A stretch of DNA of 64,000 nt from an uncultured Pelagibacteraceae bacterium (GCA_902597425.1 CACJXT010000002.1:309-64308); one strand, 5' to 3'; positions 31,173-42,703 are shown, numbered from the stretch's first letter. Notes: generated from the letters alone by a model not told the origin. A program made the numbers and translations.

Positions 31173-33893
31173 ATGAGTAAAGAAAACATTAACTTACCAA
31201 AAACAGAATTCTCAATGAAGGCTAATTTACAAAATAAAGAACCAGGTATTGTTGATTTTTGGAATAAAATTGACTTATATAATAATTTAAGGGCAAAAAG
31301 CAAAGGTAGAGAAAAGTTTGTACTTCATGATGGTCCGCCTTACGCAAATGGAAATATACATATGGGTACAGCACTTAATAAAATTCTTAAAGATTTAGTT
31401 GTAAAATTTCATCAAATGAATGGCAAAGATTCTGTTTATGTACCTGGTTGGGATTGTCATGGCTTACCAATTGAATGGAAAATTGAAGAACAGTATAAAA
31501 AAAATAAAAAAAATAAAAATGAAGTTCCTATAAATGAATTTAGAAAAGAATGTAGAGATTTTGCCAGTAAATGGATTGAAGTCCACAAAGAACAATTTAA
31601 AAGATTAGGTGTTATTGGAGATTGGGATAATTACTATTCGACAATGAGTTTTGGTGCAGAAGGTCAAATTGTTAGAGAACTTGGAAAATTTTTAAAAGAA
31701 GGAAGTTTATACAGGGGCTATAAACCAGTTTTATGGTCAACTGTAGAAAAAACTGCACTAGCTGATGCTGAAGTTGAATATCAAGATCATAAATCAGATA
31801 CGATCTATACTGCTTTTAAAGTTAAAAAGTCAAAACTAAAAGAATTGATCAATAGTGAAATAATAATATGGACAACAACACCTTGGACAATTCCTGCAAA
31901 CAAAGCTTTAGCATTTAATAAAAGTTTAAAATATTTAATTATTAAAATTGAAGATGATTCTGATTTTAAAAATAGACAAATTATTGTAGCCCAACCTTTG
32001 TTAAAATTAGTTTTAGAAGAATGTAAAATTAAAAAATTTAGTAAAATTTTAGAATTTAAAGGTAAAGATTTTGAAGGAACTGTTTGTAATCATCCATTCT
32101 CAAAAATTGGATATGATTATGATATTCCTATGTTAAGTGCGAGTTTTGTAACTACAGAGCAAGGATCGGGTATAGTTCATTGTGCACCAAGTCATGGACC
32201 AGATGATTTTAATCTATGTTTAAAAAATGGAATTAAAGCACTAGAAACTGTTGATGATGATGGAAAGTACACAAGCAATATTCCATTATTTGAAGGAATG
32301 CATATTTTTAAAGCAAATAAATTAGTTATTGAAAAATTGAGAGAACAAAAAAATTTATTAACAAATGGAGAACTGGTTCATTCTTATCCTCATTCTTGGA
32401 GGTCAAAAGCTCCATTGGTTCATAGAGCTACTCAGCAATGGTTTATCTCAATGGAAAGTCATGGACTAAGAAAAAAAGCTTTAAAAGCAATTGATAATAC
32501 TAAATTTTATCCTAACAAAGGAAAAGAGAGATTAAAATCAATGATTGAAACAAGACCAGATTGGTGTGTTTCTAGACAAAGAGTATGGGGCGTACCAATT
32601 CCAGTATTTATATCAAAAAAAACAAACGAAATTTTAATTGACAATGAAGTAACAGAAAATATTGCAAAAATTTTTGAAAAGGAAGGTGCTGACTGTTGGT
32701 TTGCTGGAGATACACAAAGATTTTTAGGAGAAAAATATAAAAGTAAAGATTATGATAAGTTAACTGATATAGTAGAGGTTTGGTTTGATAGTGGCTCAAC
32801 TCATGCCTATGTTCTTGAAAAAAGAGAGGATTTGAAATGGCCAGCATCTATGTATCTTGAAGGCTCTGATCAGCATAGAGGTTGGTTTCACTCTTCATTG
32901 CTAGAATCGTGCGGAACAAGAGGAAGAGCTCCATTTGAATCAATTCTATCTCATGGTTTTGTTGTTGATGGAAAAGGTTTAAAAATGTCTAAATCTTTTG
33001 GAAATATTATGGCTCCAGAAGATATATTAAAAAAATATGGCGCAGATATTTTAAGAATTTGGGTGGCAGCATCTGATTATGCAGAAGATTTAAGAATTGA
33101 TAATTCAATCTTAGAGCAGCATGCAGAGTCCTATAGGAAAATAAGAAATACTTTTAGATATATTCTTGGAAATTTAAATGACAAATATGAAAAAGTAAAC
33201 TTTGACAAATTAGACATAAGTAATTTACCTGAACTAGAACAGTTTATGCTATGTAAAATATTTAAAATGAACTTGAAGTTTGAAAAAAATTTTAAAATAT
33301 ATAATTTTCATATTTTATACAAAGAATTGTTAAATTTTTGTACAGTAGATTTATCTGCATTTTATTTTGATATAAGAAAAGACAGTTTATATTGCGATAA
33401 AATAGATAGTCCCAAAAGAAAATCTACGATAATTTTTTTAAATATTCTTTTAGAAATTTTATTAAAATGGTTTGCTCCAATATTATCTTTTACAACAGAG
33501 GAGATTTACTCATTACTTAAAATTAATTCTAATAAAAGTATACATCTCGAAAATTTTCCAAAAATTCCTTCTAAATGGAATAATCAAAATTTAGAAGTTA
33601 AATGGGATGAATTAATAAAGATAAGAGAAATATGTAATAGCAGCATTGAACTGAAAAGAGCATCCAAGGAAATTGGATCAAGTTTGGAGGCAAATTTAAT
33701 AATTTATTTAAATGAAAAATTAACTAAATTTACAAAAGGTGTAGATTTTTCAGAGCTATGCATCACTTCAGATGCAAAAATTGAAAAAAATAAATCAGAT
33801 GAAATTTTAGTAAAAACAATAAAAGCTAAAGGACAAAAATGTCCAGTTTGTTGGAAAATAAATATAAATAAATGTGAACGACACTCTATATAA
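31173..33893 (+). CDS. ileS: Isoleucine--tRNA ligase (type 1)
   Basis: DGPPYANG-IHMG, WTTTPWT, GSDQHRGWF, KMSKS, C-terminal CPVC...C zinc motif. Confidence 0.99.
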   Translation: MSKENINLPKTEFSMKANLQNKEPGIVDFWNKIDLYNNLRAKSKGREKFVLHDGPPYANGNIHMGTALNKILKDLVVKFHQMNGKDSVYVPGWDCHGLPIEWKIEEQYKKNKKNKNEVPINEFRKECRDFASKWIEVHKEQFKRLGVIGDWDNYYSTMSFGAEGQIVRELGKFLKEGSLYRGYKPVLWSTVEKTALADAEVEYQDHKSDTIYTAFKVKKSKLKELINSEIIIWTTTPWTIPANKALAFNKSLKYLIIKIEDDSDFKNRQIIVAQPLLKLVLEECKIKKFSKILEFKGKDFEGTVCNHPFSKIGYDYDIPMLSASFVTTEQGSGIVHCAPSHGPDDFNLCLKNGIKALETVDDDGKYTSNIPLFEGMHIFKANKLVIEKLREQKNLLTNGELVHSYPHSWRSKAPLVHRATQQWFISMESHGLRKKALKAIDNTKFYPNKGKERLKSMIETRPDWCVSRQRVWGVPIPVFISKKTNEILIDNEVTENIAKIFEKEGADCWFAGDTQRFLGEKYKSKDYDKLTDIVEVWFDSGSTHAYVLEKREDLKWPASMYLEGSDQHRGWFHSSLLESCGTRGRAPFESILSHGFVVDGKGLKMSKSFGNIMAPEDILKKYGADILRIWVAASDYAEDLRIDNSILEQHAESYRKIRNTFRYILGNLNDKYEKVNFDKLDISNLPELEQFMLCKIFKMNLKFEKNFKIYNFHILYKELLNFCTVDLSAFYFDIRKDSLYCDKIDSPKRKSTIIFLNILLEILLKWFAPILSFTTEEIYSLLKINSNKSIHLENFPKIPSKWNNQNLEVKWDELIKIREICNSSIELKRASKEIGSSLEANLIIYLNEKLTKFTKGVDFSELCITSDAKIEKNKSDEILVKTIKAKGQKCPVCWKININKCERHSI

Positions 33894-33905
33894 TTAGATT
33901 TCCTA

Positions 33906-34406
33906 ATGGCTATAAAAAATTATAGAACAATCTTGTTTTATTCAATCATAGTGATCATCCTTTTTTTATTGGATAGATTATCAAAATTATATATTTTGAA
34001 TTTAGCAGAAAGTGAATCCGAAGTTGACATCTATGTGACTTCTTTTTTAAATTTTTATTTGATTTGGAATAGTGGTATAGGATTTGGCCTATTTTCATTT
34101 GATAAAAGTATAATTTATCAATCTATTACTTATTTAATATTAGCATTAAATATTGTTATTATTATTATGATATATCGCACAAATGATTATAGAGTTTATT
34201 TTCTGCTATTAATTTTAGGAGGTTCTTTAGGAAATTTATTTGATAGACTCTATTATTTTGCAGTTCCAGATTTTATAGACTTTCATGTTAATAATTTTCA
34301 CTGGTTTATATTTAATGTAGCAGATATATTTATATCAATAGGTATTTTTTGCCTTATTATTATTGAAATTTTTTTAAAAAAAAAAAATGAAAATGAAAAA
34401 AAATAA
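33906..34406 (+). CDS. lspA: Lipoprotein signal peptidase
   Basis: [26 protein letters not shown]. Confidence 0.96.
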   Translation: MAIKNYRTILFYSIIVIILFLLDRLSKLYILNLAESESEVDIYVTSFLNFYLIWNSGIGFGLFSFDKSIIYQSITYLILALNIVIIIMIYRTNDYRVYFLLLILGGSLGNLFDRLYYFAVPDFIDFHVNNFHWFIFNVADIFISIGIFCLIIIEIFLKKKNENEKK

Positions 34407-34719
34407 ATTTACGATATTAGTTTTTTTTGGATTGTTACTTTTTCTAAGCTCATGTGGAACAGGACTTACAGGAGGAAAAAAAGATAATACTGACGAATTT
34501 TTAGTTCAAAAGAAAAATCCGTTAGTACTACCTCCAGATTATAACGATTTGCCTTTACCAAAAGATCAAAAAACAAAAGATGATCGGAGCACTGCAAATA
34601 TAGATGATGAAATAAAAAAATTAATGGAAAGTGAAGAAAAAGATAATGTTTCAAACGAAGATTCTACAGGAGACAGCTCATTAGAAGATTCCATAATAAA
34701 AATATTGAACAAAAATTAA
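34387..34719 (+). CDS. DUF3035-like lipoprotein
   Basis: Lipobox LSSC; [18 protein letters not shown]; follows lspA. Confidence 0.8.
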   Translation: MKMKKNKFTILVFFGLLLFLSSCGTGLTGGKKDNTDEFLVQKKNPLVLPPDYNDLPLPKDQKTKDDRSTANIDDEIKKLMESEEKDNVSNEDSTGDSSLEDSIIKILNKN

Positions 34720-35882
34720 TGTTGACGAAAAATATTAATTTTAAGAATTTTGTAATTAAAATTAAAAAGTTTCAAATTTCAAAAAAATTAAAATTATTAT
34801 TAAATCAAAACAATCCAATATTAACTACATTAAGACCTGAGTACAAATATAGTTACAATAATAGAATTATCTCAAAATTTAAAAAATCTTCAAGTTTTAC
34901 ATTAATTGGAATGGGTGGCTCAATATTGGGAGCTCAGGCAATTTATGATTTTTTAAAATATAAAATAAAAAAAAATTTTTTATTTTTAAATAACATTGAC
35001 TCAAATTTAATTACAAGACAAAAAAAAAAAAATAATGTTAATTTAATAATTTCAAAATCTGGAAATACGTTAGAAACAATTGTAAATGCAAATATATTTA
35101 TTAAAAAAAAAGATAGAAATATTTTTATTACGGAAAATACCAATAATTATTTATTAAATTTAGGAAAAAAAATTAAAGCTGAAATTATTGAACATAGAAA
35201 TTATATTGGAGGAAGATATTCAGTTTTGTCTGAGGTAGGTATGCTCCCAGCAGAATTGATGGGATTAAGTGAAAAAAAATTCAAACAATTTAATAACCTA
35301 GTTAAAAATAAAAAATTTCTTAATAGCTTAGTTTCTAACGTTGAGAGTATTTTATATTTTATAAAAAAAGATAAACTTACATCTATAATTTTAAATTATG
35401 ATGAAAGATCAGACAATTTATTTAAATGGTATCAACAGCTAGTTGCTGAAAGTTTAGGTAAAAAATCAAAGGGTATATTGCCCATTATATCTTCAATGCC
35501 AAAAGATAATCATAGCTTAATGCAATTATATTTAGACGGACCTAAGAACAGTTTTTATACTTTTTTTCATGTTTTTGATAAGCAATCTATAATAATTAAG
35601 AGTAAAGAATTATTTTCAAAATCAAAAAATATTGTTAGCAAAGATTTAAATAAAATTCTTTATTCACAAAAAATTGCAACAGAAAATGTTTTTAAAATAA
35701 AAAAAATACCTTTTAGAAGTTTTGAAATATTTAATAGAGATGAAAAAACTCTTGGTGAATTATTTACTTTTTTTATACTTGAAACAATTTTGTTAGGAAG
35801 AGCACTACAAGTAAACCCTTTTGATCAACCATCTGTAGAATTAATAAAAAAAGAGACAAGAAAGATTCTAATTAAAAATTAA
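34719..35882 (+). CDS. pgi: Glucose-6-phosphate isomerase (short form)
   Basis: GMGGS, SKSGNTLET, GGRYSVLS, QLVAESLGK, NPFDQP-VE. Confidence 0.9.
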   Translation: MLTKNINFKNFVIKIKKFQISKKLKLLLNQNNPILTTLRPEYKYSYNNRIISKFKKSSSFTLIGMGGSILGAQAIYDFLKYKIKKNFLFLNNIDSNLITRQKKKNNVNLIISKSGNTLETIVNANIFIKKKDRNIFITENTNNYLLNLGKKIKAEIIEHRNYIGGRYSVLSEVGMLPAELMGLSEKKFKQFNNLVKNKKFLNSLVSNVESILYFIKKDKLTSIILNYDERSDNLFKWYQQLVAESLGKKSKGILPIISSMPKDNHSLMQLYLDGPKNSFYTFFHVFDKQSIIIKSKELFSKSKNIVSKDLNKILYSQKIATENVFKIKKIPFRSFEIFNRDEKTLGELFTFFILETILLGRALQVNPFDQPSVELIKKETRKILIKN

Positions 35883-36436
35883 CTACCAAAAATAATTTTA
35901 GAAATCCCATAATATTTTTCTAACAAAATATTAAATTTAATTGGTAAATTATCTTTTTCCTTTTTATGTCTATGAATAATAATAATCCCATTTTTTTTAA
36001 GCAATTTTAGCTCCATAATAGTTTTTAATAGATCAGTTATTTTTTTTTCTTTATATGGAGGATCTAAAAAAATAATTTCAAATTGATTATTTAATGAATG
36101 AAAAGCATTTTTTTTAAATATATCTAAATTAATGACTTTTGTTTGATTAACACACCCTAAATGAACTATATTTTTATTTAATATTTTTAATACATTTTGA
36201 TAGTTTTCATAAAAAACAATTTTTGAGGCACCTCTTGAAATACATTCTAGTCCAAACGACCCAACGCCTGAGAATAAGTCTAATATATTAGAATTTTAGA
36301 TCTTATTTCTAATTATATTTGAGTGTTGAATAATGTTGAAAATAGATTCTTTTGTTAAATCTTTAAGAGGTCTTGTTATTTTATCACTTGGTTGTAAAAT
36401 TTTTTTACCTTTGTATTTACCAGAAATAATTCTCAT
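35879..36436 (-). pseudogene. rsmD: 16S rRNA m2G966 methyltransferase RsmD with one in-frame TAA at codon 47 (36296-36298)
   Basis: MRIISGKYKG...TRP...KESIFN...KI*NSNILDLFSGVGSFGLECISRGA...FLDPPY...YGISKIIFGS*, otherwise intact in one frame. Confidence 0.85.
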
Positions 36437-37698
36437 TATTCAATAACTTTATAACCTATATCTTTGCGATAAAATCCATTAGACCAATTCAGTTTATTGA
36501 TTAAGAGAATTGAATTTTTGCGACAATCCTTAAATTCATCAGATAGATTCACAAAGTTTAAAACTCTACCACCATTAGAATAAATTTTACCTTCTTTTTT
36601 TATTGTTCCTGCATGATAACAATAATCATTTTTTCTAAGTTTGATTTGATTCATATTTTCTATAAGAACATTATTTTCATAGTTATCTGGATATCCTTTT
36701 GAACAAAGAACTATGCATAAACTTTTTGTATTATGCCATTCAATTTCAGTATTTGATAAATTACCTGAACAACAGCTATTTATAATATCAAATAAATCTG
36801 ATTTTAATTTTGGTAAAATAGTTTGACATTCAGGGTCACCCATTCTTACATTATATTCTATTAAGTAAGGTTCATTATGAATTATCATTAAACCAGCATA
36901 CAAGAAGCCTTTATAATTACAGCCAAAGTCTTGTAATCCTTTTATTGTTGGATTAATTATTTTCGTAATTATTTTTTTATCCAGTTCATTATTTATTAGT
37001 CTTGAAGGTGAATAAGCACCCATTCCACCAGTATTTTTTCCTTTGTCTCCTTCTAAAACTCTTTTATGATCTTGTGCTGTTTGAAATTTTTTAATAGTTT
37101 TTCCATCACTTATTAAAAAATAGCTCATTTCTTCCCCTTGTAAGAACTCTTCAATTAATAGGTTTTTAGCAAAACCAAATTTTCCTTTAAATATTTCTTC
37201 TATAGCATTTATTGCTTGGTTTTTATTTTCACAAACATAAACACCCTTTCCAGAAGCAAGCCCATCAGCCTTAACTACAATAGGAAATTTTGTTTTTGCA
37301 AGATAATCATTAGCTTCTTCAAAGCTTTTAAAGATACCAAACTTTGCTGTTGGTATTTTATATTTTTCACAAAGTTTTTTTGTAAAAATTTTTGAACCCT
37401 CGAGTTGAGAAGCAATTTTATTTGGACCAAATACTTTGATGTTATTTTTTTCTAAAAAATCAACAATTCCATCAACTAAAGGTTTTTCTGGACCTACGAT
37501 TATCATTTTAATTTTTTCCTTAAAAATAAAATTTTTTAATTCATCAAAATTACTTAAGTTAATTTTAATGTTTGTAGCAATATTTTCTGTACCAGCATTG
37601 CCTGGAAAACAAAAAATTTTTTTTACTTTTTTTGACTTATAAAGACTTAAACAAATAGAGTGTTCTCTTCCTCCGCTTCCAATAATACCTATAATCAT
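36436..37698 (-). CDS. purD: Phosphoribosylamine--glycine ligase
   Basis: GSGGREH, LEGSK, KADGLASGKGV, QDHKR, NTGGMGAYSP, RMGDPE. Confidence 0.98.
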   Translation of the reverse strand: MIIGIIGSGGREHSICLSLYKSKKVKKIFCFPGNAGTENIATNIKINLSNFDELKNFIFKEKIKMIIVGPEKPLVDGIVDFLEKNNIKVFGPNKIASQLEGSKIFTKKLCEKYKIPTAKFGIFKSFEEANDYLAKTKFPIVVKADGLASGKGVYVCENKNQAINAIEEIFKGKFGFAKNLLIEEFLQGEEMSYFLISDGKTIKKFQTAQDHKRVLEGDKGKNTGGMGAYSPSRLINNELDKKIITKIINPTIKGLQDFGCNYKGFLYAGLMIIHNEPYLIEYNVRMGDPECQTILPKLKSDLFDIINSCCSGNLSNTEIEWHNTKSLCIVLCSKGYPDNYENNVLIENMNQIKLRKNDYCYHAGTIKKEGKIYSNGGRVLNFVNLSDEFKDCRKNSILLINKLNWSNGFYRKDIGYKVIE

Positions 37699-37721
37699 AT
37701 ATATAAATATATAGTTTATAC

Positions 37722-37919
37722 ATGAAAAATAAATTAGCTAAATTAGAATATTTACCAAATAATTTTAAAATTTTGGAAGATGGAGACCATGTAATTTGCG
37801 CAGTTTCAAAAAAAATTGTTAAATTAGAAAATTTAAATTATTGGAATGTAGAATTACAAGAGCCATATTTTTCATATAAAGAAGCATTTATTAAAAATGA
37901 AATGCTTAAAAAAAAATAA
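37722..37919 (+). CDS. DUF2093-like small protein
   Basis: GDHVICAVS...L-YWNVELQEPY. Confidence 0.8.
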   Translation: MKNKLAKLEYLPNNFKILEDGDHVICAVSKKIVKLENLNYWNVELQEPYFSYKEAFIKNEMLKKK

Positions 37920-37922
37920 AAA

Positions 37923-38783
37923 CTATTTCCAACGATTGTGAGACCAAATCCATTGGCTTGGTTGTTTTAAAATCATTTTTTCAAGTTCTTCGTTTAAAAT
38001 ACCTGATATATATTCAATTGATTGATTTTTTTCAAATTTTATAGGTCTATTTATTTTCATTTTATATTTAAATTTATCAATTCTTTCTATGTATATAGGA
38101 ACTACTCTGCAGTTAAATTTTTTTGCTAATTGAGCAGGAATAGTTGTTGTAGACGCGGGTTGTCCAAAAAAATTTAATTTTATTCCTTCACTTACTCTTT
38201 GATCAATCATTAGCGCAATTGAAAAACCTTTTTTATATAATTGTATTACTTCTCTTGCTCCAGAAATGCCTTTTTTAATTTGATATTTGCAAATATATTT
38301 TTTTCTTATTTTTTCCATAATTTTATTTAAAAAAATATTGTTTAATGGCCTATAAATAGCAGCAACATTAATTCCTGATTTTTCTATTTCCATTGCCATT
38401 AATTCAAAGTTATTAAAATGACCTGATATAAAAACTACCTGTTCATTATTATTTTTAATTTCTTCAAATATCTCATTTCCTTCAACTTCAAGGTATTGAT
38501 TTAATTTGGATTCTCTAAAATTTTTAATTGACATGTAGTCTGCTAAGATTCTTCCATAATTAGTCCACATATTTTTAATAATTAAATTTATTTTTTTTTC
38601 TTCAATTTCCGGAAATGCTTTTTTAATGTTAGAAGAAATATTTTTTTTAGATCTAAATATTGGTCCAATTAAACCACCAACAAATGCTCCAAAATTTGAT
38701 GCTGAGCGATATCCTAATATTTTAAAAATTAATAATAAAATTCCAATAAATATAAATTCAAAAAAATACTTAATTATTTTCAT
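37923..38783 (-). CDS. Lipid A acyltransferase (HtrB/LpxL family)
   Basis: SGHFNNFE, YRPLNN, MIDQ, FFG, QWIWSHNRWK. Confidence 0.92.
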   Translation of the reverse strand: MKIIKYFFEFIFIGILLLIFKILGYRSASNFGAFVGGLIGPIFRSKKNISSNIKKAFPEIEEKKINLIIKNMWTNYGRILADYMSIKNFRESKLNQYLEVEGNEIFEEIKNNNEQVVFISGHFNNFELMAMEIEKSGINVAAIYRPLNNIFLNKIMEKIRKKYICKYQIKKGISGAREVIQLYKKGFSIALMIDQRVSEGIKLNFFGQPASTTTIPAQLAKKFNCRVVPIYIERIDKFKYKMKINRPIKFEKNQSIEYISGILNEELEKMILKQPSQWIWSHNRWK

Positions 38784-39715
38784 AATTTTTTATTCAAAAA
38801 ATCAACAAATTCATGATTATTTTTAATATCCAATTTAATTTTAGCGACATCAATTCCCTTTTTATTTTCATCTCTTATTCTTAGGTAGTCCTTTTCTGTG
38901 GTAATAATTTTTGCTTCACTAAACTTTGCCATATCTCTAATTTTTTTGATATCAGAGTCACTGTAATTATAATGATCAGGATAAAGAATTGTGTTTACCA
39001 CTTTAAAATTATTTTTTTTTAACATATCGGTAAAATTATCAAAATTACCTATTCCTGCAAAAGCTAAATATCTTTCACTATTATCAAGTTCTTGCAGGTT
39101 TGTTAAAGAATAAGTTGATTTAAAAATTTTTAGATGAGAAAATTCTTCCTTAATCTTTTTTTCAAAATTCGATTTATTTGAATTATTTCCATTTAAAAAA
39201 ACTGCATCATATTTTTTTAAACTTTTTATATTTTCTCTTAAAGGGCCAGACGGCAGTAAAAGACCGTTTCCGATTTCTACTTTTTCATTAAAACAAACTA
39301 TACTTATATCATACTTAATTTTTTTATCTTGAAGTCCATCATCAAAGATTGCGACATTAAAATTTTCATTTATTGCTTTATTTGTAGCATCTATCCTATT
39401 CTTTTCACAAAAAAGTTTTCCTTTAGACTTTAATAATTTTTGTTCATCAATTTGATCTGAATATTTTTTTTTTACGAAACATGCTTTATAATTTAAATTA
39501 TTTAAAATTTTAATTGTTTCTATAGATAATGGTGTTTTTCCTGTTCCACCTACATAAATATTTCCAATACAAATTGTTTTAATATTATCAATTTTATTTT
39601 TTTTTTTACTTGTTAAAAAATTATAAATCATCACTAAATAAGAAAGTGGCAACAATAGATAAGCAAAAAAATGTGGTTTTTTATAATCCCAAAAATTAGG
39701 TTTTTTAAATTTCAC
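38780..39715 (-). CDS. lpxK: Tetraacyldisaccharide 4'-kinase
   Basis: GNIYVGGTGKTP, DDGLQ, LLPSGPLRE, AGIGN, YPDH, TTEKD. Confidence 0.95.
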   Translation of the reverse strand: MKFKKPNFWDYKKPHFFAYLLLPLSYLVMIYNFLTSKKKNKIDNIKTICIGNIYVGGTGKTPLSIETIKILNNLNYKACFVKKKYSDQIDEQKLLKSKGKLFCEKNRIDATNKAINENFNVAIFDDGLQDKKIKYDISIVCFNEKVEIGNGLLLPSGPLRENIKSLKKYDAVFLNGNNSNKSNFEKKIKEEFSHLKIFKSTYSLTNLQELDNSERYLAFAGIGNFDNFTDMLKKNNFKVVNTILYPDHYNYSDSDIKKIRDMAKFSEAKIITTEKDYLRIRDENKKGIDVAKIKLDIKNNHEFVDFLNKKL

Positions 39716-40967
39716 GTTGCTTTATAAATTTTTTTATTTCTATCAATGATGAATGCAAAATTACATTTCCTAGCTTTTTTAGATTATAAATTAGTTCTTC
39801 ACTACTAACATTTTTTTTCAGTATAATTCTAAGCTGAGAAACAAGATGCGCTAAATTATTAACTTTAATAGAAATTTTATTTTTATCTAATAGACTATAT
39901 ATTTCATTGAAATTATATATATGTGAGCCATGTAATATTTTGCAACCTAATCTAGCGGGTTCCAAAGGGTTTTGACCACCATGTTTAATCATTGAACCTC
40001 CTAGAAACACTATTTTACAAAGCTTAAAAAAAGCTTCTGTTTCACCATAAGTATCAACTAAATAAATCTCTGTATTTTTTTTTATTTTATTTTTAGAACT
40101 ATGTAGATGAGTTACTAGACCTAAATTTTCAATATCTTTGTATATTGTTTCAACTCTATTGATGTGGCGAGGTATAATTATTGTTAATAAATTTCTAAAT
40201 TTTTTTTTTAACTTTTTATGAGCGTAAACACTCAACAATTCTTCATTATAATGTGTACTTGAAGCACACCATATTTTTTTTGAACTAAAAAAATGTCTTA
40301 AATTTTTATTTGAAGTCTTTTTTATCTTAATTTTTGTTTCTGAAAATTTTAGATTTCCTAAAAGTTTTATCTTCTTAACTCCTAATAGGTTTAAGTATTT
40401 TTTTGTTTCATTATTTTGTGCAAGTGCCACATTAAAACATTCAAATATCATTTTGCTAAATTTTGATATTTTTTTCCATTTTCTATATGATCTTTTAGTG
40501 ATTCTTGCATTTAAGAGAATTAAAGGAATATTTTTTTTCCTAATATTTATTAAAAAATTTGGCCAAATTTCAGACTCAACAAAAAAAACTGCTTTGGGTT
40601 TCCAATAATTGAGAAATTTTTTACAAAAATAATTTCCATCAATTGGAAAAAATTGATGAATTGTTTTTTTAAATCTAAATTTTTTTAATATATTTGAAGA
40701 ACTTAATGTTGAAGAAGTAATTAATATTTTGTTGATTGATTTATCTTTTTCTAAATTTTCTATAACAGGAATTATACTTATTATTTCACCAACACTTGAT
40801 CCATGAAACCAAACTAAATTTCCAGAACCTCTTTTTTTTGTAAAAAAACATAGTTTTTCTTTAAATCTTGTTAGATGTTCCTTTTTTTTAATTAATCTAA
40901 AAATTATTATTAATGGAGAAATAATAATAATAATATTAATTAAAAACCTATATAAAAACAACATCAA
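39705..40967 (-). CDS. waaA: Kdo transferase
   Basis: WFHGSSVGE, ESEIWPN, NARI, ASSTH, PRH, GGQNPLEPA. Confidence 0.95.
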   Translation of the reverse strand: MMLFLYRFLINIIIIISPLIIIFRLIKKKEHLTRFKEKLCFFTKKRGSGNLVWFHGSSVGEIISIIPVIENLEKDKSINKILITSSTLSSSNILKKFRFKKTIHQFFPIDGNYFCKKFLNYWKPKAVFFVESEIWPNFLINIRKKNIPLILLNARITKRSYRKWKKISKFSKMIFECFNVALAQNNETKKYLNLLGVKKIKLLGNLKFSETKIKIKKTSNKNLRHFFSSKKIWCASSTHYNEELLSVYAHKKLKKKFRNLLTIIIPRHINRVETIYKDIENLGLVTHLHSSKNKIKKNTEIYLVDTYGETEAFFKLCKIVFLGGSMIKHGGQNPLEPARLGCKILHGSHIYNFNEIYSLLDKNKISIKVNNLAHLVSQLRIILKKNVSSEELIYNLKKLGNVILHSSLIEIKKFIKQREI

Positions 40968-42703
40968 TCTTTTTTGATTTGTTTTTCATAGAAATTTCTG
41001 TAAATTTTTGAATTTTCTACTAATTCTTTGTGATTACCAGATCCAACTACCGACCCATTGTCAATCACATAAATTTTGTCAGATTTAAGAATAGTTGATA
41101 ATCTATGTGCAATAACGATGGTTGTTTTATTTTGTGTAAGATAAGTCAAAGCTTCTTGTATTTTACTCTCTGTTTCTGAATCTAAAGAGGATGTTGCCTC
41201 ATCTAATAAAATTATAGAGCTTTTTTTTATCATTGCACGCGCTATTGATAATCGTTGTTTTTCGCCGCCTGATAATCTTAAACCGTTCTCACCAATTAAT
41301 GTATCATATTTCTTAGGCAGCTTATTTATAAAATCAGCTGCAAATGAAAGTTTTGCCGCTGTTTCAATATCATTTTCATCAGCTTCTGTATTAGCGTAAA
41401 TAATATTGTTTCGTATTGTATCATCAAACAAAGTTGTATCTTGACTGACCAATGAAATATTTTTTCTAAGTGAGTACAATGTTGATTTATAAATCGATTG
41501 ATTATCGATGTGTATATCACCTGATTTAGGATCATAAAATCTTGGAATAAGGTTTAAGATTGTTGTTTTTCCAGCGCCACTATGACCTACAAGAGATGTC
41601 ATTTTTCCTCCAATAATATCTAAATTTACGGATTTTAGTATTAATTCCTCTTCATTATTATATTTAAAATTTATATTTATAAATTTAATACTTGCATTAG
41701 ATAATTTTAAATCTGTAGCATCAATATTTTCAGCGATAAGATTTTTATCATCAATAATTGGTAAAATTCTTTTTGAAGCTGAAATACCTTGGCCTATAGC
41801 AATATTTAATGTAGCAAGTGATCTAACTGGTTGGTAAGCTAACATCATTGCAGCCAAGAAAGAAAAAAAATTATTAATATCTAGTTCACCAGAAAAAATT
41901 AATTTGCCAGAAACAAAGATTAAAGCAGCAATCATTATACCTGTAAGAAATTCCATTATAGGTGTGGCTCTAACAAATATTGTCATAATTTTTTTACCTT
42001 TTTCTTTCATTTCATCGAGGTGAACATTAGCTCTCTGATTTTCAAATTTTTCTTTTTGAAAAATTTTTATAATTCTATGATTTTTAAATAATTCAATTAA
42101 ATAACTATTTAATACTCCTGCTTTTTCCATTGCTTGTGTTGATACTTTTCCAACTCTTTTCCCTAATGATTTAGCAGCTATGCTTGCTACAGGAATCATA
42201 ATTATTGCCATTAATGCTAATTTCCAATTTTGATAAAACATTACTCCTAATAATCCCAATAAAGTTAGAGTATCTTTAAATAAATTTAATATTACAGTGC
42301 TAACGAGATTGGTTATCATACCAGTGTCATTAGTAAGATTTGATACAAATTTTCCTGTATGTTTATTGTCTATTAATTGGGTGTCAGCCTTAATCAGTGA
42401 CTTTACCATATCAGACTGTATATCTTTTGTAACATCTTGGGCCACACCAATCATTAAGATTCTGGCCAGATATAAAGAACCTCCTTTTGCCGCAAAAGCT
42501 AATATTATAGCAAAAGGTATTATCAATAATAATTTTGGATCATGTTCAATAAAAATTTTTTTTATTGCAGGATCTAGCAAGTAAGCTATTGATGAAGTGC
42601 TACCAGCAATCACCACAGATAAAGCCATTGCAAGAGCAATTTTTATTACATATTTTTTTGTATAATCTTTATAAAGTCTTTTAAGAGTTTCAGTTGTATT
42701 CAT
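40964..42703 (-). CDS. msbA: MsbA-like lipid A ABC exporter
   Basis: TM domain plus GHSGAGKT, LSGGEKQR, LDEATSSLD; in operon with waaA/lpxK. Confidence 0.9.
   Translation of the reverse strand: MNTTETLKRLYKDYTKKYVIKIALAMALSVVIAGSTSSIAYLLDPAIKKIFIEHDPKLLLIIPFAIILAFAAKGGSLYLARILMIGVAQDVTKDIQSDMVKSLIKADTQLIDNKHTGKFVSNLTNDTGMITNLVSTVILNLFKDTLTLLGLLGVMFYQNWKLALMAIIMIPVASIAAKSLGKRVGKVSTQAMEKAGVLNSYLIELFKNHRIIKIFQKEKFENQRANVHLDEMKEKGKKIMTIFVRATPIMEFLTGIMIAALIFVSGKLIFSGELDINNFFSFLAAMMLAYQPVRSLATLNIAIGQGISASKRILPIIDDKNLIAENIDATDLKLSNASIKFININFKYNNEEELILKSVNLDIIGGKMTSLVGHSGAGKTTILNLIPRFYDPKSGDIHIDNQSIYKSTLYSLRKNISLVSQDTTLFDDTIRNNIIYANTEADENDIETAAKLSFAADFINKLPKKYDTLIGENGLRLSGGEKQRLSIARAMIKKSSIILLDEATSSLDSETESKIQEALTYLTQNKTTIVIAHRLSTILKSDKIYVIDNGSVVGSGNHKELVENSKIYRNFYEKQIKKD

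Noticed and set aside
36296-36298. Stop-codon reassignment or programmed readthrough in rsmD
   Set aside because: TAA is the normal stop of most genes here; a single case is better explained by mutation or error
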